Assembly: GCF_000281045.1 (NCBI RefSeq)
Contig: NW_008246070.1
Location: 648,954 to 712,953 of the forward strand
DNA length: 64,000 bases
From: Saprolegnia diclina VS20
Lineage: Eukaryota
Reading direction: 5' to 3'
Every line of letters starts with the position of its first letter. Position 1 is the first letter of the stretch. The notes under the pieces are model-generated. The model did no database searches. It saw nothing but the letters and a program-made list of their open reading frames with translations, and was not told the DNA's origin. Position numbers and translations under genes: made by a program. Shown one piece after another: positions 1 to 10,743 of the stretch.

Positions 1-3000
1 CTCGAGCTCGAGGACGACGAGGACGACGGGGCCTTCGACGAGATCCACCGCGAGCGCGCGCGCAGCCTCGAGGCTCTCGACGTCTCGGAGAACGAAGAAG
101 AAGCGCTCGTCGACGAGGACGGCAACGAGGCCGTCGTGAAACGGACGCTGGACCCCGCGATGCTCAACGAGCTCCTCCTCGTGTGCTCGAACCTCGGCGT
201 GCTCACCGAAGCTGAAGACGGCGAGTCCAACTTTACGCGGGGCGAAGACTGTGAGGAGTGGATCCACGATCTCCAGCGCGCGATCCGGCGCGACCATGCG
301 ATTCATCGGCTCGTCTCCAAGACGCTTGGCCGGTGGCAGATCCTCCAGAAGAAGCTCATTCCGCTCCTCATCAACCATCAGAGCGACTGGTACGTCCACA
401 TATGAAGAAGGTACAGGCTCGTAGCCGCCCACGTAGGTCGCTCGTCTTTTCGATCCTCAAGGTGCTCGTCATGCTCACGATGAAGCCCGCGAACGAGTCG
501 GACAACATTGCGCTGCAGCTCAAGTACCTCCGCGGCTACAAGCGTGCGTTCTTGAAGCACGGCGTCGTGCAGCTCCTCATGTCCATTCTCGTTGAACCGC
601 TCTCGCGGGAAGGGTCGGCCCGCACGTCCCAGGTGCGTGCGTCCTCATCTCGCACGGAATGCTCATGCTCAGGGGATAGGACTACCTCAACATGGAGCTC
701 GTCCTGACGCTCTTCCGCAACTTGCTTGCGATCCCAAACGAGAGCTTGCGCCATGTGACGGCCGCGACCAACCACTTGGCTCGTCTCCAAGAAGACTTGA
801 TCGTCGTGCTGTACGAGGAAAACGTCTTTGACATGCTCCTTCTCTTTGCCCAAGTACGTGGCTTCAATGGCGATTCCCGTCACCAACTGGCTGCTGCTGT
901 AGGACATCGAGTCGGCCGAGAACCGCGAGTGGAACCTGCTCATCATGGAAATGTTCGACCTCGTCCTGCAAACGACGACCCCCAAGCAGCTCGTCGCTAC
1001 GATTCAGCTCCCATCGTCCACGCCGCAGGTTGAAGAGGCGCCTCCGCTGATTGCGCCGCCGCCAGTGCAGCAGCAAGTTTCGCTTCTGGGGCAGCTCAAG
1101 ACCGAGAGCCAGCATCGCGGTGCCAAGAACCAGCGCCACTCGAACTTTGGCGGCATGCTCGTGCTCCAGGGCAAGACCGGTCGGCGCACCATTTTGACGG
1201 ACTTTAGCAAGACGGGCGACGATGTCATCCCCCAGGCATTTACAAGTCCTCTCTCTACCTCGCCGCTCATAACACGAACAATTAGGCCCAGAAGAAGGGG
1301 TTGCGGGGTCGGCGCCAAAAGCAGCACGCGATGAACGACATCCAAGAGGTCTTTGGAGGCCACACGGGCTCCTCGCTGGACCTGAACATGTACGACGGCG
1401 CTCTTGCTCGCAGCCATGCGTACTCATGCATTCCCTACATAGGCGCCTTAGCGAAGCGCTGCGGACGATTTGCGACGAGCTTTTGAGCAAGTGCTACCCA
1501 CAGCTCACGTCGTCGCTCAAGAACGAGTTTCGCCGCGGCAGCGGCAAGCTTTTGCCCAACGACCGTCTCTTGTACTTTCACCTGGTGTGGTTTCTCACGG
1601 CGTACCACCGCCTTAAGCTGCCGCACCTCAAGTCGCTCCAGAAGCAGCAAGACGAGATTTTCGAACAAAACAAGGAGCGCGTCTTCCGCGAGCAAGGCAT
1701 GGACGCCATGATGGCGTTGCTCAACTCGACCAACCTCCTCGCAAGTTACGACCAAAAAGCGATTCTGTCGACGCTCGATATGTTTTCGTTCAACTTTGTG
1801 CTGCAATCGATCGAGGTGAAGCTTCATTTTGGTCAGTGGACCGCTCACCTCGATTGCCGAATAGAGTTATGCCGATGTCAAGAACTACCATGCCATGATT
1901 GGCGCGGTCAAGGTCGTCACGGAGATGATCGCCATGCTCGTACGCAACATCCATCGACGGGAGATGATCTTTTTCATATCCATTTTGCGTAGACGGAGCT
2001 CGTGACGAGTGCCGACACGCGGCTGCAACGCATCGGTCAGTCGCTCCAGCACAAGCTCTTTTACGAACGCGAGTTTCTCGATCGGCTTCCCGTGCTCATC
2101 AAGTCGTGGTCACCGTCCGCCTTTACGCTCGAGTACGTCGTCGAAGTCGCGACGCTGACGCACGTATGACGCTGCCATGTATTGTGTCTTGCTCACCGCC
2201 AATCGCGTAGCTTGTGCTCAAGATGATCGACGCGGAAGGCAAGCATCTCAAGGTGCTCCAGAAGCGCCGCCATGCACCAGGGTGCGCGTACTTTTACGTT
2301 ATTTGCCATCGTGTTGACGCGTACACGGTAGGAAAAAGAAGAAGAAGAAGACCAAGAAGAAGGCCAAGTCCGGCGACGCCAACGACCCCGCGGCGGGCGA
2401 CAACGATGACGACAACGACGCCGAAGAAGACGATGAAGAAGACGAAGAAGAAGACGAAGAAGCCGGCGACCGGCAAATGCAGCTCGAGATGCGGCGGAAG
2501 GAAGAGGAGTTTGACACGCGCAAGTACTTTGGCTCGATGATCTCGCACGAAAGCATCAAAATGTTTGTCTACTTGCTCGGCCACTACAAGACCAACAGCG
2601 CCAAGGTCAACCATTACGTCTTTTCATTCTTCTACCGCGTTCAGGGCTTCCAGGTACCCTTTCGTGCGTACCAAGATGCATCTCATTGTGTGGCATAGGC
2701 CCTCATGGGCGAAGATCCCACGATGGAGCCCATGCTCTTCAACATTCACTGCCTCATGACGTTCAACACGATGTTGCAAGACCCGTCGATCCAGAACAAG
2801 AAGGAATTTCGACACATCTTGGACTTTCTTCGGTAGCTCCAAGTTTTGCAGAGACAGCTCTCAACATCTCTTTTCGGATAGCACCACCGTGCGGCATTTC
2901 TTCGCGCTCGCTGAGACCAACCACCTCTTGTACGTCGAGAGTCTCATTCGACACCCGTTCGCACCTCGCACGTGCGTCATGATCCAGCGCCGGTACAAGT

Positions 3001-3941
3001 CGCTTTTGCCCGAGAACCTCGTGACGCCCAAAGGTCGGCGCGACTTGAGCTCGGACGAAGACGACGGTGGCAACGACGACGACGACGTTCGCGTTGTTCG
3101 TCCGCGCGACCTCGAAATTGAAGGCGAAGCCGAGTTTGACTTTATGGCCGCGGCGCCCTCGATTCTGGTCGCCAAGGACTCATCGGCACCAACGACGACG
3201 GAAAAGCCGGCGCGCAAGCCTCGCGCCAAGACCAAGACGTGGAGCGTCATCGAAGACAAGTACTTGACCAAGATGTACTTCAAGTTCAAGCACTTGCCGT
3301 CCGTGTACGAAGTCATCTCGTACGAAGACATGTTTCAGGACCGCGACCGGACGCCCGAGCAAATCGAGCGCCGCGTCAAGCACCTCAAGCTCCACAAAAA
3401 GTCCCACGACGACGACGACGACGACGATAACGCGAGCGATGCAATGTCAGCAACCGACGATAACGTGGCCCCGCGGTCGCCCAAGCCCACGCGCCTCGTA
3501 CGAAAGACGGCCGAAGCTTTCTACAAGGATCTCAACGGCTCGGAGGACGACGATGATGATGACGCATTTCTCTCGGCGCCGACCAATGTTGGTAGCCACG
3601 ACGGCACTGCCCCACGCAAGCGATCGCATGATGACGACGACGACGACGATGACGAGGGCGGTGACGACAGTCTCTTGGCACCCACCTCTGAAAACGCGCC
3701 CAGCAGCCCCAACGCCACGGCCGACCGCAAGCGATCCCGCGATGACAGCAACGACGAAGACGCTGACCCTGTCGAGTCAACTTCGCCAGCAACGACGCCG
3801 CGTGCCGATGCCAAGCGGCGACGTCTCCGTCGTCAAGCTGCGTCGGACGACGAAGACGACGACGATGACGATGTTTTCAACGCGCCACCGGCGACGGAGT
3901 CGGCCCCCGACAGCTTTATTCCAGAGAGTTACGACATGTAA
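1..3941 (+). CDS. TIMELESS: Timeless/Tof1/Swi1 replication-fork protection protein; multi-exon, 5' end outside window
   Basis: The N-terminal TIMELESS-like motif GEDCEEWIHDLQRAIRRD...LGRWQILQKKLIPLL is present. A C-terminal Myb-like segment WSVIEDKYL...RTPEQIERRVKHLKL precedes an acidic tail. Short introns include 390-436, 633-679 and 1390-1442; stop TAA at 3939-3941. Confidence 0.85.
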
Positions 3942-3971
3942 TAGCATCGATTTCTGTATATCCTGCAACTA

Positions 3972-6900
3972 CTACGAGCCGACGCGGTCAATGTAGCCGC
4001 CTTCCTTGACGAGGTTGTAGAAGTGGCCCTCGCCGCGCGCGATGAGGCTCATGGGTGATCCAAACTGCACGACGCGGCCGGCGTCAAGCACCATGATGCG
4101 GTTGGCGTCCAAGACCGTGTCGAGGCGATGCGCGATCGTAAGGACGGTGGCGTCCTTGAACTCGGACCGGAGAACGCGCTGGAGCTTGGCGTCCGTCTCG
4201 GCGTCGACCGAGGCCGTGGCTTCGTCCAGCACGACAATCTGCGCGTCCGAGAGGAGAGCGCGGGCCATGCAGAGCATTTGGCGCTCGCCGACGCTGAGGT
4301 TTTCACCATTCTCTTCCAAGGGCGCGTCCAAGGTCGCAGCGTACGACGCGACACGAGATCGGAGCTCAACCTTCTCCAGCGCACGCCAGAGGTCGTCGTC
4401 CGAGCAGTCGCCAAATGGGTCCAGATACCCACGCAGCGTGCCCTTGAAGAGAATGGGTGACTGCGTAATGATCGAGAGCCGGCTTCGAAGCAGGCGCATG
4501 TCGACGGTCGAGGCATCGACGCCGTCGAGGAGGATCCTACCAGATGCGAGCGGGTAGAGGCGAAAGAGCGCCAAAGCGACGCTCGACTTGCCGGCCCCCG
4601 TACGCCCGACGACACCGACCTTTTCGCCCGCCTTGATGCGAAAACTCACGTCCACGAGCACGTTGGTGCTACTTGGGGGGTAGCGCAGCGAGACGTTTTC
4701 AAACACGACGTCGCCGAATCGAGGCCACGACGGCTCGGGCACGACAAGGGCGGGCCCGCGCGTCGTCTCTGGCAGCACGTCGACGTACTCCTGGAGGCGT
4801 TCGGGGCTCACCATGGAGGTCTCGAGCCACGACCACACTTGGATGAGGCCCTCGAGGCCGGCGTCGATGGCGAGGCTGTAGTTGAACGCGAGACCAATCA
4901 CACCGGGGCTCAGTGAGTCCTTTAGCAGCGTCAAGCCCGTCGTCAAGAGGAGGACGACGAGCGCGCCGAGGAGCTGCATGCGCAGGGCAAACCACTGGTT
5001 GGTGACGATGCTCGCGTAGACGGTGCGGTTGTTGGCGTCGATTTTGGCGGCGTTTTCAAGCGTGAATCGGTCGGCGACGTGGAAGGCCCGAATGACCGCA
5101 CACCCGTCACTGGACTCGGCAAGGTGCGCAAGGACGGGCGACTGGGTCACCTTTTGGAGCCGCTGCAGCTCGCGCGCGGGCTGCAGGTAGTAGAGGCCGA
5201 GACGACCGTAGACGAGCAAGAGCGGGAGAATCGAGAGCCCAACGTACTGCGCAACGATGCACGTGGTTACGAGCGTGCACAGCACCGAGAAGCCCGTCGC
5301 GAGGAGCGACCCGAACGCAAATGGCAGCTGAAAGTCGACGCGGGAGACGTCGTCGCTGTACCGGTTCAGGATGCGGCCCACGGGTGTCGCGTCGAAAAAT
5401 GTCATTGGCGCGCTCAAGAGCGATGTTGTCATGCCGGCGCAGAGGTGGCGGGCGGCGTGCAAGCCACCGATCGAGACCTACGCTTCAAACGCCTGCGTAC
5501 GACGATCCGAGAGACAAAGTCGGTACCGTGAGCGTGCGGACGAGGACGAGTGCGCTGCTGCCGAGGGCGAGGCATGCATACAAGGAGACATTCCTCGTTG
5601 CATTCTCTTGCTGCGTCAAGTCGTCTTGGGCCGTCCAGGACGCGAGGAAGAAGTCGCTTCCTTGCAGAAGCCCTTGCCATGCGCACTGGACAAAGATGAG
5701 GAAGACGCAGACTCCCACCTACGAACATATACTGTGAGCTCGTCGAGTCGATACATTGATAGTATCGACCCCGCCCATGGACCGAAAGTAGCTCAAAAAG
5801 ACATGGCGGGAGACGCGACCGTTCTGGCGCTCTTCGTCGCGCACGAGCTGGCCGCTCTCGCGAGCAAACGACGAGGCGCGGGCAACGAGCGGCGCGAACC
5901 CGTCTTCGACAAGCTGCTGGACGGACGCAAAGGCGGGCGAGGGCGACAGCGACGGGTTGGTTCGGAGCTTCTCGGACGCCGTGCGGTGGTAGCCAACGCG
6001 GCCGCCAAGAAGCGGTGAGATCGGCGGCGGTCCGAGCGGCGTCTTGTCGATCGTGCGCGTCTGGACAAGCTGGCCGTCACAGAGCTTGAGCACGCTGTCG
6101 ACGACTTTGGAGCCAATGATCTCGGTGTTGTACGTCACGAGCACGCGCGTCTTGTGGCGCAGGAGGCCGAGCACGCACTTTTGAAAGATGTCGGCAGCGA
6201 CGACCGCATCGACGGCGGCGAGCGGCGCGTCAAGGAGAAAGATATCGGCGTCGCTGTAGCATGCGCGCGCGAGGGCGACCCGAGCCTTCTGCCCGCCGCT
6301 CAGGTTGAGTCCCTTGGCGCCGATCTCCGTCTTGTCGCCGGCCGATAGCGCTTGGAGGTCCGGTATGAGCCCGCAGGCCTCGAGGACCTTGAGGTACTTC
6401 TTCTTCTCGTACGCTGCGCCAAAGCAAATGTTGTCGCGGATCGACATGTGCTGGATCCACGGCGTCTGGGAGCAGTAGGCGACCGAGCCACCAAGGTACA
6501 ACGAGCCCGCGCGACGCTCCATGTCCCCGAGGAGCGCTGCGAGCAGCGACGACTTGCCGCTGCCGACTTTGCCGTGCAAAACGACCAAGTCGCCTTGCTT
6601 GACGTCGAGCGAGAGGCTGCGAAAGAGCGCGTCGCCGGTTCGAGACCACGCAAACGTAGCATCGCAGAGCGCAATCGCGACGTCGGGGGCCGCCGGCGTC
6701 GTCGCCGTCGCCTCGGGCAGTCGTTCTGGAAGGGTATAGAACGTCCGGAGACGCTGCAGCGACACCCGCGCTTGGATCATGCCTGTGATGATCTTGGGGA
6801 ACGACCGCAGCGGCTCTTGCATGAGGCGGAAGAGCGCGAGGGCTGTAAAGACGCTGGCGGCCGACAATGGGTGCTGCAAGTAGAGCGCGTAGACAGCAAA

Positions 6901-7893
6901 CGTGGCCGTCGAGACCGCCATGGGCGCGCCCCAGAGCGCAAAAATGTTGAACGCGCCCACAAGCAGGTAGCGCCAAATGAAGGCGAGCTCCCGCTCGCGA
7001 ATCCCGTGGAGCTTGGCCGCGACCTTGTCCTCCCACGCGTGCAGCTTGACGGTCTGAATGGCGCCAAAGGCTTCGTGGATACGCGCCATGCGCTCGTCCT
7101 TGAGACGCATGATGCCCTCGAACGCGGTCGCCATGACCTTGGCGAGCACGTGGTTGACGCAGAGCACGAGCAGAATGACGCTGACGCCGGCCCACGTCGC
7201 AGGACCCAGAATGTCGTAGAGACAATAGAGCGCGACGCCAATCTCGACCGGCAGAATCCAGAGTTCATGGACGTAGTAGGCCGCGAGAAGGAGATTCGAG
7301 ACGTCGGTCGTATACAGGTTGACGAGGTCGCCCGTGCTACGCGACTCGGTGCTAAGGCGCAGCGCCTTCTGGAACAGGAGGCTCTTGAGCGCCGCTGTGA
7401 AGCGCATCGCAACGACCTGCGTCGTCGCATACACGTGCGCAAAAAGGAGGGCCTTGAGCACGCGCGAGCCAAAGAGCACGGCGAGCCACTTCCAAATCAA
7501 GGTTGTGTCACTACCTGGCGCTGACATGAGCGTGACGACCTCGTTGAGGATCAAGGGCCCGGCGAGGTCACAGCCGTAGGCGATCGCGAGCACGAGACCG
7601 ACGCAGGCGTACACGCCGCCGTAGCAGCGCACAAACGCAAGCACGAGCGACCCGGAGCTTGTCCAGTGCTGCTTGAGCTGCGCAACGGCAGCGCTGCACG
7701 TGTCCTCCGGCTCGAGCTTCCACGTATCGTCGAGGTCGAGCTGCTTGTCATTGCCGAGCGACAAGATCGGGGCGCACCACGCGAGAAAGAGGCGCGAGAG
7801 CCAGGACGCCTTGGGCCGACGACTGCCGCCCGCGCTCAGCGGCGCCGGCGCGAACGTGCTGTAGCCCGCCGGCTGCGCAGCCAGGAGGCTCAT
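3972..7893 (-). CDS. ABC transporter C family (MRP-like), TMD-NBD-TMD-NBD
   Basis: NBD1 has GKVGSGKS and LSGGQ; NBD2 has GRTGAGKS, LSVGE and VVLDEATA; FFDATPVGRILNR is an ABCC motif. Introns at about 5719-5754 (or 5769) and 5478-5526. Likely ATG at 7893. Confidence 0.93.
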
Positions 7894-7998
7894 CGTGCAA
7901 AACGGACAGTCGAAAAGATCGCGACCGTCGAATCTTCCGGATATTTCACGGTATCCGGCTGCGTCGTTGCCAGAAGACCACACGACAAGTACCATGTC

Positions 7999-8070
7999 AT
8001 ATTGTCCATCAACCGTAATATTGTCCATCAACCGTAATATTGTCCATCAACCGTAATATTGTCCATCAAC
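7999..8070. repeat. Perfect tandem minisatellite, 19-bp unit ATATTGTCCATCAACCGTA, 3.8 copies
   Basis: Copies start at 7999, 8018, 8037 and 8056 (the last is partial); read directly from the sequence. Confidence 0.97.
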
Positions 8071-8102
8071 ACAGGACGATAAGATTCATTCGTGATAGGA
8101 GC

Positions 8103-9480
8103 TTAGCCCAGCTTCTTTTGTACGACCCGCTTGGGGCGTTTCTTGGAGTTGGGGCCGCCGCAGGCCAAGCACTCGTCGATGTGCATGTCGTTGACCAGCG
8201 TGCAGCGTGGGCACGCCCACTGGACCGTGCTCGCAGCGACCTCCACGGGCCGCTTCATGGCCACGATCGGCGTCATGCTCTTGGCAACAGAGTGCGCTAC
8301 GCTCTTGGCCGGCGCGACACTCGGTGGCGCTTCGGTGCGGATCTCTTGGGTGCTCGTGTGGACGTAGACGTGCTGCTGCGTGCTGTCGAGAAACACTTGG
8401 CGCCACGTCCCGCTCGTCGGTGCGCTAAAGAGGCTCTTGGACGGGACGGGGTCCCGCGCCAGGTACCGCGGCGCCCCGTCGGCCTGGAGCACCGGATGCG
8501 CAGGCTTTTCCTCAGCGTCGGGGTAAAACGCGTTCTGGACGGGCGACGCTGACGTGTGCGACGTCGTGCGTGGCGTCGGTGACAGCAGCGTGGCCGGTGG
8601 GGACGGCGTCGGGACGATTGTGTCGCTGGCGGGTGCGTCGTGGCCGCTCGCCGATGGTGTCGTTGGTGGTTGGCCCTTCTTGGCCGCTTTTTGCGCCTTG
8701 ATCTGCTCGGCGAGCTTGCGAAAGTTGTCGTTGAGCGCCGACGACGACGTGATCGCCTTCTCAATCGGCTCGTCGTGCCGGAGCCCGAGCGCCCGCTTGG
8801 TCGAGGCCATTTGCGACTTTTCGCTGTTGCGTAATTTGTATGTGGCGAGGATTTGGCGGCGGATCTCATCCGGTGTCTTGGGGTGCAGCGTATCGAGCTG
8901 TGCGTTGCAGAGCATCGTATACTAGCAGTAGGGCTTGGCCTCGAAGCGCGTGGGATGGAAGAGGTACCTCCTTGTGTGTGGCAACGAGCACGTCCCGAGG
9001 ACCGCGGATGCTGCCGAGGCCCGCGGCTTCGAGGTGCTTGCGGATTTCAGCATCCTTCATGATGTTGTACGAAACAACGGGCACGCGCTTGGTTGCGCTG
9101 TCGCCGGGCTTGGCCTGCGTCGTCTTGGTCGGCGTCGTCGGCGCGTTGGCCGTCTCGAGTGGTGCTCCCTCGGCGAGGCGCAGCACTTTGGGCTTGAGCG
9201 CGCGGAAGAGGTTGATGATCTGCTCCAGCGGCCGGTTCGGTACCAAGTCGCCAGGCGAGCAATCTTGCTTGCACTCGGGGCAATTGCCACCCGTGCCCCG
9301 CGCGAGGAGGTGCTTGCGAATGCACTCGGAGCAAAAGCAGTGGCGGCAGTTGCTAAGGAGAACCGGGCCGCTCATGTAGTCGCCGCAAACCTGGCAGCGC
9401 AGGAAGCCCTCCATCTGCCGGGCTTCCATGAGGCTCGTGGGCCAAACCCACTCGTCGTCGACGTCGCCCACGCCGTCCAT
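8103..9480 (-). CDS. RAD18: RAD18-like RING E3 ubiquitin ligase (RING, SAP, degenerate WW-like segment, C-terminal RanBP2/NZF zinc finger)
   Basis: C3HC4 RING CQVC...CRHCFCSECIRKHL...CPEC. RAD18-type SAP region YNIMKDAEIRKHL...HKE|YTMLCNAQLD spans intron 8922-8967. Zinc finger WACPRCTLVN...CLAC near the C-terminus. Confidence 0.8.
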
Positions 9481-9602
9481 GATGATGGGCGGCCGGAATC
9501 TATTTGTGTGGGAAGATGACAGATTGGCTCTGCCTAATTGTGGCAACTTGCCACAATTAGCTGCCTGCCCGCACCATTGGCCAATCGTAATCGGGACGCA
9601 AG
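9481..9602. promoter_or_regulatory. Compact bidirectional promoter with CCAAT boxes and a perfect 13-bp inverted repeat (9534-9560)
   Basis: Only 122 bp separate the divergent ATGs. The region contains ATTGG/CCAAT motifs and CTAATTGTGGCAA-C-TTGCCACAATTAG. Confidence 0.6.
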
Positions 9603-10707
9603 ATGGACAACCTCGCGAGTGGCATGGCGACGTGCGTCGCCGAGCTCAAGGACCTCGAGGCCAAGAACAACGTCGAGCGCGCCTTCGCCGCCAAGTTCTG
9701 GCAGGCCAACAGCGACTTTAGCCTCGCCCGCGACGTCCTCTTGGCGGTACCTGTCATGACCACCGACGAGCGCGCAGCGATGCATGGACGTAGGCGGCCG
9801 GTAGCATCAACGTGCAAGTGACCAAGTTCTCGCTCGTCATGGCCAAGTCCAAGACGCCAACCGAGCGCGAGGCGCAGAGCATCTGTGAGGCCATCTACGA
9901 CCCATGCCAGCAGCTCCTTGCCGCGCTCAAGGTCGCCATCTTCGCAGGCGCCGGCTATGCGTTGACGAAAGAGATGATCGCTGGCTCGCTGTACGTCCAT
10001 ATGCTTGCCACGAGGTCGCTTATTCTGTCGGTAGGCGCATCGTGAGCACGATGCAGGAGCTCGTGCGCCTAGTGCAAAGCAAAGAGTTTGCCCGCGTGCC
10101 CGAGTTCACAGGTCGCATCTGGGACGCGTGCAACTACCTTCCGAACATCTCCAAGTCCAACTTGGTTGCGACCAAGCGCGTCATGCTGCAGTCGGTCGCG
10201 ATCCTCAACGACACGATCAGCGAGCTCGACGGCGTCCTCGCGGACCAAGCCAACGGACCCACCGAGCGCAATGTCGAGGATGAAGACGAGTACGCGTTCG
10301 ACATGGATGAAACCATGAGCCCGCTCGAGACGCGTCAGTTTACTCTGGTCCTCGGCCTTCTCAAGATGGTCCAGGCCATCACCAAGAAGGGCGTCCTCGC
10401 TGTCAACGCGACTGAGACCAACGACGGCCAAGACGGTTTTCTCCTCTGGAGCGGCGGTCTCCCGTCGCTCTACGATGACGTGAACGACGTCATTGTCGAC
10501 ATGGGCGCGGATGTCTCGCCGCCGTTTGAGCAAGACGTGGTGCTCGAGCACGTTGGCCACGTCGAGCGTGTCGGCCTGGCGTGCCTCGCGCACCTGCGTC
10601 AACAGCCGGGGGCCGACGACACGAGCGACTTGGTCAAGGGCGAGGCGGCGTTCAAGGCCAAGCTCGCTGAAGCGCGCGACTGTTTGCGGCTCGAAGACGA
10701 CGAGTAG
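9603..10707 (+). CDS. Cyclin-D1-binding protein 1 (GCIP/CCNDBP1)-like helical protein
   Basis: Segments VTKFSLV and TGRIWDAC..LPNISKSN..A.KR...Q....LNDTISEL plus an acidic loop match my recollection of the GCIP family. Introns at about 9748-9792 and 9991-10034. Confidence 0.65.
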
Positions 10708-10743
10708 AAGAGATTTATAATACGACGACGCGCGTGGTTCGAG

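Noticed and set aside
3400..3880. GAC/GAT trinucleotide runs as microsatellites
   Set aside because: They encode poly-Asp tracts in the acidic Timeless tail.
7894..8031. N-terminal extension of the ABCC ORF given in the ORF track
   Set aside because: It begins inside the tandem repeat and lacks coding-like composition; the ATG at 7893 is more plausible.
7999..8070. CRISPR-like array
   Set aside because: The units are head-to-tail with no unique spacers, there are no cas genes, and the context is eukaryotic.
1..9480. Timeless plus RAD18 as a replication-stress gene cluster
   Set aside because: Only two genes are involved, separated by an unrelated ABC transporter; chance proximity is sufficient without synteny data.
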